Of a stretch of DNA of 64,000 bases, positions 1 to 9,989 are shown one piece after another. Location of the stretch: positions 62,001-126,000 of the forward strand of contig QPGO01000137.1 in the NCBI GenBank assembly GCA_008632985.1, given 5' to 3'. The first letter of the stretch is position 1; each line of letters begins with the position of its first letter. Source of the DNA: Psammoneis japonica (lineage: Eukaryota). Below the pieces are notes generated by a model. It did not search any database. It saw nothing but the letters and a program-made list of their open reading frames with translations, and was not told where the DNA came from. The position numbers and the translations under genes were made by a program.

Positions 1-1589
1 TAGTCCAATTGGTCCATCAGGTTGTGAACTGTTCATTTGGTTGTCTTTGTCACTGCCGCTGTGGCACCAAATCAAATGTGCTGCCACAACTTGAAAAACA
101 AACAAATTCGATGAACATTCTCAGTCAAGACATTGCGCACTGAACCTCACGCAGATTTCTGCGTGATCATCACAGTGCGTTTTCTGCGCTGGTTGCAATG
201 GCCATCTGCGGTTGTTTTTGACAACTTCTTTTGATTTGACAACTGTGCAAGTGGCGCTGATTGAACATGCCAAGCAGATGTGACATGTGATGCAAATGAC
301 ACAGTGAAATGTTGTGCAGATCTTCCCAAAACAGAGCTGTTGCATTTTTGCTCTTCTGTTGAATCACACAAAGTCATTGCACAAGGCAGGCAAACAAGAT
401 GATTGTGGCACGCCAGCTGTCCTGTGTGCTGATTGAAGTGCGGTGGATTTAACACGCTTGTTTTTGTTTCATTCGCCTGAAGCTCAAGAGGTCAAATTGG
501 CCTGAGAAGCATGTGCACAAGCTTGACAGTGAATGAAATCACTGCGCAAGTCTAAAATTTTTGTTCTGATCAAAACAGAAATGACGCCAGTGCACTGGTC
601 AGAGCATTCCTGTTCAAATGGTGTCACTTTTGTTGTCACAAGTTGGAACTTGGCACTTCTGTGCACCGCCATTGTCATGTTGCATGTCATTTGGTCAGCA
701 ACAACTTCCACATTTTCATGTCTGTCGATGCATGTTTTGTGTTTGTTGTTTGTGGTTTGTCACAGAGATTGCAAAAGCATGGGCTCAAGCTCAAGAAATG
801 AGCTGGTGTGAAGGGCCACCACGTGAACCCCATTTTGCAAATGTGGGTTGGCCTGCTCATCTTTTTGCTGTCTTTTCTGCGTGTGTTTGAGTGAAGGGAG
901 AGGTGTTTCTTTGCCATGATGACTGCACCGGCAGCTGAGTTGTCTGAAGAATGTGATGATTTCAAAGAATGTGATGATGTTGTGAATTGCAACTCTAGAT
1001 GCAATGTTGCCAATTGCAATGGCAGTTGAAAAAAATGATGCCGCTGCAAATCGCAATTGCCACAAAACAGGTTGTTCCATTCTGAAGTGGCGTCCACCTT
1101 GTTGCATGACTTCACGGCAGATTGTGCAACACACGAGCATCAACAGATTCAAGGAGGGAATGATGTGAGCCATGCACCAACAAATCCATCCGGAGTGGCT
1201 CAATTTGAACACGGTGAAAAACACTTGAAGGGTCACGAAAATCCACAATCTGATGGACAGATGACAGACCAAATGTTCGCCAAAAAGGTCACAAATCGGC
1301 ATGCATGAAATTGTCCTGAGTCATGCACGCCAAACATTTCTCTGTTGAGGCGACACACCAGCCTGTTTCTTGAACTTGAGCCTGTGACAAAAGGAGGTGC
1401 CATGCAATTGGCTGAAAGACAAACAATTTTTGACCAGCTGGGCTGGAAAAGTTTGTTGTTCATTTGTTTGTTTTTTTTGCAATGGAAGGTCTCAGGAGTT
1501 TCGTTTCTGGGTGCACCTCCGGGTTCCCCACCAAATTTCTGCCATCATTTTCAAAGACCGTGCCGTGGCCATTCACATGGTCAAGGCAT

Positions 1590-2700
1590 GATTTGGGCAG
1601 CTGACAGAGCAACAACGGCACTGCTGCAGAAAACATTGCATCAATGCAACATCAGAGTGAACTCACGGGCATTGCTGGCTCTGACAAGGTGAGCTGGTGA
1701 ACAGATGATCTGTCTTTTGATGTCGCTGTGTGTGTGTTCTCCTGAAGGTGCTCCTGGCTCCAGTGTCTGGGACTGTCGAGGAGAAAGAAGACACCCAAAT
1801 GCCTTCACGTCACTTGGATGGTGTGATTGATTCAAATCTTGTTGGGTTCAGATGCTCCTTGCATGTGCATGACCGGTCCTTGCTTGAACCAGATGGTGCT
1901 GTGAAAAAGCAGATTTCCGTGCCTTCTCCAAGGCATGAATCGACATCATGCACACAACATGTGGCCACCCGACAAAATGCCATCCATCCAAACAGGCTTC
2001 CCACTTTCACAGGGCAGGATGCAAGAAGGACAAGATTTGGCCAATTGCCGTGAGAGCTCACATTTGCAGACCTTGCTTGGCATCGCGCCAAGGAAATTGA
2101 CAAGATGATGATGGAATCTGTGCAACAAAAGGCAAGAGCACTTGAGTGCTTGGTCAATCAAAGTGCACTGCTGGCCCAACTCCAACACAACATTGAAAAG
2201 TTTGCAATGGAGTTCATGCCAGAAGATGCAAAGGGCGCAATTTCTTTTGAAGTGGCGCCGACCTGCGCTGCTGACCCCTGCCTCACCCAAGTGCTTGTCT
2301 CTGGAGCGGCAGGCTTCATTTTGTCAGGTGATTCTAACTTTGCCATGCATGTTGGGCCAAATGGGAGCACAGTGGGGGATGTGATGCTGAAAGATCTCAA
2401 GCTGACAACCACAAAGGAGCCTGTTTGCTCTTGCAAAGTGCGCGCAGGACATGAGCTGATTGCGGGTCGCGTCCTGCAAATGAAGCTTGGGCACGATGCT
2501 TTCTGTGTGATGGTCATTGCTGCACTCCTGAGATTCCAGTCCTGAGCGGTGTTGAAGATCCAATGGTCAGGGCACTCACAGCTGTTGTGCTTGGTTGCGA
2601 TGTTGTCCCTGGGGGGCTGCGCAAGGGTCTGGGCCCAGTGCCGTCGCGTTGCTGCTGCAGAGGCACTCGGAGTGACCGCACAGCAGTTGTGCAAATCTTG
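1590..2700 (+). pseudogene. XPG/FEN1/EXO1-family (PIN-like) 5' nuclease relic
   Basis: Motifs in the expected order across frames: VIDSNLVGFR (XPG-N-like), FEVAPTCAADPCLTQ...ILSGDSNFAMHVG (XPG-I AP-EAD...DSD-like), and AVVLGCDVVPGGLRKGLGPV at 2581-2640 (H3TH GCD motif). Interrupted by stops and frameshifts. Confidence 0.65.
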
Positions 2701-3114
2701 ACATGAATGGAATGTGAAACGTGTCCAGTTTTCTTGGTTCATCAAACAAGGGTGTCAGGACCAGCTGTGGGATGGACTCTCTGCGCTGACATTTGGGAGG
2801 CATTTTTGTTCCGTGTGTCAGTTTCATGAGCGGCAATTTCGCAATTTCCGCTGATCCTCTCTGACAGACATCATGACATTGCGTGCTGCTGCAAAAAAAA
2901 AATGGCAGTGAGAATCGAGCATTTCGCAAAGCTTGGGCCACAGTTCTCGCGAAACAAGTGCGAGTCCATGTGCCATGCTTCATCACGCATGATGCAGGCT
3001 GAAAGCCCCCGAGGGAACCCGGAAGGGCATCCAGAACCCCAAAGCAAAGAAACGAAGGACAGACACAGGGGCGACTGACAAACCGAACCCGATGGCCATC
3101 ATCAGACCTTTTTC

Positions 3115-3675
3115 ATTGACCACTCAGTGGTTGGTGATTGCAGACTTTTTCGTGTCGGTCCGGCAGTGGGGCAGTCGGGCAGTCGGGTTGTCCGTCTGAA
3201 TTTGAAAGTGTGTCCCTCGGATTTTAGAACGGGATGGGTTGTTTGGTGCAGATGAATTCTTCGGATTCGCAGAATGATCATTGAGGACATGAGAGGTCGT
3301 GGGGACATCCTAAAAAATCGATAAATTCCCTGCGACGGGTGCGTGGCACGGTTTTTCAGGAGAGCTTGAAAGTGCTGTAAAACTGGGATTGCCGGCGTGG
3401 CATGTTGAAAAATGCACTCAGTTGCAAACAAAGACAATTGATCGTGAACTCTACATGAAACAGTCACATTTGGGAAAACATGTCAAACAACAAGTGAGTT
3501 TGTGTGATGCGCCATTGTGGCAATAAATTGGAAAAAAAAGAGTGTCCGTGCACCTTGCTGCAGCCACCGTGCGGTGGCCACACCGCTCAGCCGCTGGGGC
3601 CCCACGCACGTGCAGACAATGCAGCATGCAACGGCACACACCCACACCCACAAAAGTGAAAGACAAGTGGTCAAT
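3115..3675. mobile_element. Non-autonomous TIR element, short relative of the element at 43820-46210
   Basis: Ends are ATTGACCACT...AGTGGTCAAT. 3115-3565 matches about 45770-46210 in reverse complement, and 3610-3681 matches about 43814-43875 in reverse complement. Confidence 0.8.
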
Positions 3676-3745
3676 GCTCCCCGCAGGCCTGGTTCACATT
3701 TTTTGGGGAGGCGGCAACCTCAGCGCAACGACGAAGCCGACAAGG

Positions 3746-5191
3746 ATGGCTGCGGCAATTGACCTTGAGGCGTTTTGCTGCGAGGGCTCTCACAGCAATT
3801 ATGATTCGTTCAAAGCTGGGAACGGGTTCGGCCCCTTCGTCATTCAAAGGAGCACTCTTTGCAACGAAATCGTGGGCTTGGCTTCTCCGATTGTTTCCAT
3901 TCATTTAAGTGGTTGCAAAGGTGCTGGGAAGACCACCCTGTTGAAATTGATCAGCAACGACCTCGTCAAAAATGGAAAGAGAGTCTATTTTTTTAAGAAA
4001 TCCAATGACATTGACATCTGCCAACGCGAAATTGGGTGCATTCTTGCCAAGAAAGAGGAGGCACACTTTCTGATTGATGAAACACAAGTGAATGTGAACT
4101 CGTCAATTTTCACGCTGTTGCTTAAAAATGATGAAGATCACCGCGTCACCACAATTGGAGCAGGTGTTCCTGCCTTCGAAACAGCCTCAAGTTCCTTTGC
4201 ATTGACGATTGCTGCGAATCACTTGTTCTTGACGTTGGAAGATCTTCAAATTGAGGGCGTGATTGACTTTTTAGCCGAGGATGTCATGGAGGCTAGCATT
4301 GGAGGTCGCATTGAGCACCTGCTGGAGACTGTGCGCTTGCATGTTGGAGGACACATCCACCCTTTGATGAGGCTTGCCGAACTGCTTGTGCCCAAACTCA
4401 AGACGGAGGGCCACTCCACCGATCGGGCCATCAGTCACTTGAATTCGGCCAAGTTTCGCACTTTGCTGCCTTTTCGGCTCCTTGCTTCCAGGATCACTCC
4501 AGCTTTGCAAGATGTCAACATCCGCACAGTTTTTTACCCAGAAGAATGTTGCCTTGGTCCAGAGGTTCAGCAACTACAAAAGCGTGGATTCTGTGACTAC
4601 AATGGCAGTGTGACATCGATGTTGCTTTTCGACCTTTATCTTGGGAATGTTGGGACCGCAAATTCCTGTCCTTTCACTGGTCTTAATGCTGGTGTTGTTG
4701 GTGTTCAGGAGCTGCTTTGTTGGGGTGTGCCGCGCATGTCTTGGACACACTACGAAGCCCATGGAGGGGCCGTCAAAGATGCGCTGACATTCGAATTGCT
4801 GAGAAAACTTTCAGACTTCAAGCCGCTAAAAGTTGTGCTTTTCAACCCTAAACTCGTTGCTGCTGGAATGGCAGCACGGCAACCTGACACACATTTTGAC
4901 TCTGCTGCACACTCTTGTGTCGAATGTGTGCTTGCCAAAGACAACACTCGGTCATCCAGACAAGACGTGGAGAAGCACATTTTGCGGTTCTTCACACATG
5001 ACAATGCTCAAACTGCGCACTGTGAAATTCAGGACGCCAACTTCGCAGTCCTGCACTTCCAAGACTGGGGAACGGCTCCAATGCAGCTGCAGGATGAAAT
5101 CTGTCGAAGGTCTTTCAACACAAGAGTCTTTGCTTTCTTGATGAAAACAAAGGAACTCTGTTTGGGTGACACGTGTCTTGCAAGCCATTAA
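3746..5191 (+). CDS. P-loop NTPase plus C-terminal PD-(D/E)xK-like nuclease (Crinkler/RHS-type NTPase-REase architecture); frame open but partly hypermutated, function doubtful
   Basis: Walker A GCKGAGKT, Walker B-like FLIDE, helical GGHIHP segment and C-terminal QPDTHF...VECVL. The ORF track extension to 3542 runs through the upstream TIR element, so ATG 3746 (MAAAIDL) is the likelier start. Confidence 0.6.
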   Translation: MAAAIDLEAFCCEGSHSNYDSFKAGNGFGPFVIQRSTLCNEIVGLASPIVSIHLSGCKGAGKTTLLKLISNDLVKNGKRVYFFKKSNDIDICQREIGCILAKKEEAHFLIDETQVNVNSSIFTLLLKNDEDHRVTTIGAGVPAFETASSSFALTIAANHLFLTLEDLQIEGVIDFLAEDVMEASIGGRIEHLLETVRLHVGGHIHPLMRLAELLVPKLKTEGHSTDRAISHLNSAKFRTLLPFRLLASRITPALQDVNIRTVFYPEECCLGPEVQQLQKRGFCDYNGSVTSMLLFDLYLGNVGTANSCPFTGLNAGVVGVQELLCWGVPRMSWTHYEAHGGAVKDALTFELLRKLSDFKPLKVVLFNPKLVAAGMAARQPDTHFDSAAHSCVECVLAKDNTRSSRQDVEKHILRFFTHDNAQTAHCEIQDANFAVLHFQDWGTAPMQLQDEICRRSFNTRVFAFLMKTKELCLGDTCLASH

Positions 5192-6169
5192 GAAGACCGC
5201 CCCATTTCTTCCCTCTTCGTGGCTCTGAACAGGAAAATTGCCCGAAACAGACAAATTTTTACCTCACTCAGATTAAGTCGAATAGACGGAATCTGTGATG
5301 CACAAAACACGCTGGTGAGAAACAGGCATGCCACAGCCAAAGTGAACCCAACACCAGTCAAGAGTTTTTCTGTGTCTTTTGCCGCAACCTCACGTTCTTG
5401 CTTCATTGATCTGACGCAATGGGCGCACCTGCTTGCCCTGCTTTGACCCGAGATGTGCTTTGTCTGTGAAATCCAAAATGCCCTGTCATGCAAAATGACT
5501 TCTGCAAACTGTTGGGCCTGCTGCCAAAGCACCCCTCTGGAGCAGTGCCACTTTGGCGCATGTTCTTTTGCATTCTTGGGCAACTGCGGCTTCAACTTGA
5601 TGTTTCTGCTTCATTCCCAGCCCTTGGATGTCCAGACAAATGTGCGCGCATGGTTCAAGGTTCAAGATGACAAGCTGTGATGCTGGAACTCCAAGGAAGG
5701 TCAGGTGGTGGCAACTTGTTTTTCAAGGAACAGCCTTGTTAAAAACATCATGTCACACTTCTTGACAGCAAGTGTTGCCATTTGTGCCATGGCATTTGGT
5801 GCTGACTTGACCATCAAATTCTGGCCTTGCACTTTTAAGGATGGATCATCCAGATGAGGCATTTCTTTAATTGGCTCGTGATTTTGCAATTTCCCTGCAC
5901 TTCGCTCGTGTTGTTTTGCGATGCCTCTGAGCACCCCCAAACACATGTGACTGTGTCCAGACCCCATGCATCAGGGCTGTTGGATCCATGTGTGAACTGC
6001 ACATTTCAACCTTCAAATGCCAGTTGTCAGATTTGGTGCAGTTGTCACATTCGACAAACCGCTGTTTTTTTTGCCAAAATCGCACTGCTTGTGGGAGACA
6101 AGCCACAACTTTCCAGGAAAAGCCGACAGTTGGCGTTTGACTGGCCACAGACATGTCTGCAGTCGTCAA

Positions 6170-6601
6170 GGTCATGGTGCGGGTGCAAAAGTGGGCCAGA
6201 TTCTACGTGCGCAGAGCTTGGCATGTTTTCCACACAAATCGCCAAAGTTGGCTCGCCAACTTGAACCCTCTCCAGGACAATGGAAACTTGGACATTTCAC
6301 ATGACAAAGTGTTTTGACTGCTCAATCACACTCTCCTCAACTTGTTTGGGAAGAGAAGTCACAAGTTTTCACAGGTTTCTGAGGACACACAACGAATCTA
6401 ATCAGAAAGGTGCCGAAATCGTGATGTTCGAGTTTTAAAGAGCCACACAAAACGAGTCCAAACACTTTGTCATGTGAAATGTCCAAGTTTCCATCATCCT
6501 GGAGAGGGCTCAAGTTGGTGAGCCAACTTTGGTGATTTGTGTAGAAAACATGCTAAGCTCTGCGTGCGTAGAATCTGGCCCACTTTTGCACCCGCACCAC
6601 C
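6170..6601. mobile_element. Foldback/MITE-like element with about 145 bp TIRs
   Basis: 6176-6319 is the reverse complement of about 6456-6599. Begins GG, ends CC, flanked by TCAA (6166-6169) and TCAA (6602-6605). Confidence 0.8.
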
Positions 6602-6605
6602 TCAA

Positions 6606-7104
6606 GGATGGATCTACATGCTGCGGTCTGTTTTTTGGGAGCTCGCAATTTTTGTAAAAACAACCCGGATGCATCGCAGCAAATGCGCGTGCATTCGCAA
6701 AAAAAATTTCAGTGATTGGTCGAACTTTGTCCATTCGCCAGACACCCCAGAATGCTCAAACGACAGGTGTGACCATGTGCGACTTTTGCCTTGACGACTG
6801 CAGATGTGTCCATGGCCAGTCAAATGCCACTCATCGGCATTTCCCGGAAAGTTGCTGCCAATCTCCCATGAGAAGCCCAATTTTAGCAAAAATTGGCGGT
6901 TTTTTTGACCTGACAACAGGGCATGGGTCGACAAGTGGCATTTGAAGCACTGAACGTGCAGCTCTTGTAGCCATCTGACAGCCCCTGTGAGGGTTTGACG
7001 AACGCAAAAGTGTTCGGGGGTGTTCCGAGGCAGGTCAAAACAACACGGTGAAGTGCGGGAAATGCGAGCCATTTTAAATTAGACCGCAGCACGTAGATCC
7101 ATCC
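6606..7104. mobile_element. About 500 bp non-autonomous TIR element, TTAA-type target
   Basis: TIR GGATGGATCTAC(A/G)TGCTGCGGTCT at both ends, flanked by TCAA (6602-6605) and TTGA (7105-7108). Confidence 0.8.
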
Positions 7105-9989
7105 TTGAGCTAAAGATCGCGCATGGTCACAACCATCGCCAACACATTCCATGATGTCTTTCGAAGGGACAAAGTTCGGCCCATCGCTGAAAACATTTTG
7201 TTGGCGAGCGTGCATCCAGTGCAAGAAATCCGGGTTTTTTCCAAAAAAATGCAAGCTCATGCACAAACAGACCTCATCTTGACGATCCATCCTCAAATCA
7301 TTCTCCTGTTTTGCTGACTCACCAGTGTTGTTAAGGGCGGCCATGCTGCTGGGTCAATTGCTGTCAGACGCTGATTTCAAAAACTTCGCACATTTGGCAA
7401 TTGTGGGGTGGAATTTCCGAGCAACTCTGTTGAGCCAAGCTTTGCTCCAAGATTTTCCTGCCAAAAGGATTTTCCTCACATTTTCCGTGCACTGCCAAAA
7501 AAATGTGCTCTCTGGAGCAGAGAGGAGCGGCACAATCCAGAAATCAGCACTCAAGTCAAGTGCCGCCAAAAAAATCAAAGACTGACATCATGATGTTTTC
7601 TTGCTGAACAGCTCAAAATCTTGTCAATCTGCTTCCACCAACCTGAGAACTGTTTGTTTGTAAGAAAACAAGCTCCCAGTGCAAGAAAATCTCAGTGGTC
7701 ATGCGCGCTGTTGCGCGAGTGAGACCCCATGCAGAACAGGTTGTTTGTGCTTTTCTGCATTCTCCGGAGTGACGTGCAGACCAGACTGAGATTGCCCGTA
7801 GAACGTCAGCACAAACAAGCAAAAAATCTGCTTCATTTTTCTTGTAAAATGGCCAAAATTCACTTTGCTCACCCGACATGATGTCAGTTTTTGAGTTTTT
7901 CAGTGGCACCTTGCTCAAGTTACAAAACAATTTGGCAAAAAAGTCATGAACAACTTGCTGCCCACTGCAACACCCCTCCCTCCTCCAAATTTCATTTTTA
8001 AAGTGGGTTCAGGAACATTCAAAAAAGGGCAATCCATTGCTGGCTGAATCTGGTGAGATGCCGGAAACAAGCTGAATTTGTTGTGCCAACTTTTGTTTTT
8101 CAAAGACATTTTGTTCTTGACAAAAAGTCACAGACAACCCATTGATGTGAACAATGCATTTGTTTGACATCAAGTGTGCAAGTCCTGTTCATCCCAGATT
8201 TTTTTTGTTTGAAGCAACCAGAAACAAGATGTTGGGTGCACACACAATTGTGTTGATGACAGCATTGAGGATGCTTGTTTGAAGATGATGTTTTCTGTCA
8301 AGATCAAGTCTTGAACAAGATTCAATGCTTCCACAAGAAGTCTTGCACTCAGTGCTTCAACACAGTGTCTTGCAACAAAGACTGTGTTCAAGAACTCACC
8401 GCACTTCAGAAAACATGTGGCACATTGCTGTCACACTTGGTGGAAAGCAGATTTTGTCCTTCTGCAGCAAGCAAGCAAATGACTTGCTCAATTGCCTGTC
8501 CCAATGAATTGTTGCAAATGCAAATTTTGACATGCCTGGCAGGATGGTGCTTGCCTTTTGTTTGTTCTTCAACAGTTGGGAACTGCTCAGAAAAACTTGC
8601 TGCCCCGCTGCATGTCAACAATGAGTCTGGCCATCAGGGCTCTTGTGTCACCCAACTGAGAGACCAAGCCACGTCAACAGCAGCAGTCTTGATTGCTTTG
8701 ACTGCAAGGAGGCCACCCAATTTCTGCCATTCTCAATCAAAACAATGAGCTTGCCAAGGCTCTTGGGTGGACACTCTCTGTGCTTGTTGCCACTGTGTTC
8801 ATCATCTGATGCAGCCATGGTGAGAAAATGCTGCCACTGCTTAGATTTTTGGCATGCATTGTTGTTGCTGCCTGTCCTCTTCCTCCTCTCACCAGGTTGA
8901 ATGCATTGGGTGCAAACTGGTGACACAAAGACAACAAACAGTGCAAGAACAACTTGGTGGCAGAGACAACAGATTTGTTGTGGAAGACACACACAGAGCC
9001 AGAGCTGCGATGTCATGAAATGGATGCCAAGGCCACCAAAGAGCAAAAAGAAGCAGTGTCTTGCACATGCAGCAGCCATCCTCATCTCACCAGGTTTGAT
9101 GCACTCTCTGTTTTTTCTTGGCAAACAATCAAGAAGAGAGGCACAACCATGGGGGAGGATTTGGATGGCAGTGAAGCTGCAGCACACAACTGTTGCATGC
9201 ATGTTCATGATTGCACATCATTTGTGTGTCAATTGTGCCACAGTCGTGGACACGTGCAAAGGACAGAACGATCACACAGAGTTGATCAGATGTCGAAAAT
9301 TGCAAATACAATCAATTGACAATGTTGACATCTTGCGTGTCAACAGCAATCGTGTCTGGACAATCTGTTGTCACAAATGCATTCTCCGAAAGGCCTTTTG
9401 TCTGTGGAAGCAGCACAGAAGCTTTGGGCCATTGAGAACTCATTCGGAGAAACCAAAAAATCACAGAGCAAAATTTAATCTCACAATTTTCACTTTTCAT
9501 GCTTGACTCCACTTTCATTTGTGCTCGTTCTTTGAGCACAGTGCATTGTGCATGCACACCACAGAAGGCAAAAACACGGAAAATGAAAATTTTGGCTGAT
9601 GTGCCTTTGCAAATTCTTCCATGAGCAGGCATGAAATGCACTGGTTCTGCTGGAATCGATTTCCGAGTGGAAGCAGCTCAATCCGAACAGTGCCTCAAGA
9701 TGGAACTCCATTTTTCATCTTCAAGACAAAAGGATTTGTTCCAATGCGATCCATTTCAAGCACCTCATGATCAAGGACTCTGCAAGTGCACAGCATTGTC
9801 AAAAATCCTCACCAAGTCATGGTTGGGCAGAATCTCAAGTGTTGAGTCAACCAGGTCCGAGAAATGCATCTGCCATGCAAGGAGAGACCATTGGAGAGAA
9901 TTGGGAGACCGAATCAACGAGCCTTGAGTCTGAAGACCAAGAAGAAAGTGTTGAAAAGTGCCTCAAGAGTCTCTTGTCTCATGTCTTCT

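Larger units (their letters stand above)
5839..7292. mobile_element. Older TTAA-targeting TIR element (GG...CC ends, Kolobok-like) split by two later insertions
   Basis: Left end TTAA|GGATGGATCATCCAGATGAGG, right end CCTCATCTTGACGATCCATCC|TCAA. Its body (5839-6165 plus 7109-7292) is a diverged reverse complement of 6606-7104. Confidence 0.75.

Noticed and set aside
3676..3700. GCAGGCCTGG similarity to the outer TIR at 34192 as the end of an element carrying the NTPase gene
   Set aside because: The match is only about 10 bp and no partner terminus was found.
7331..7345. TTAA|GGGCGG as the start of another Kolobok-like element
   Set aside because: I could not find the matching right end.
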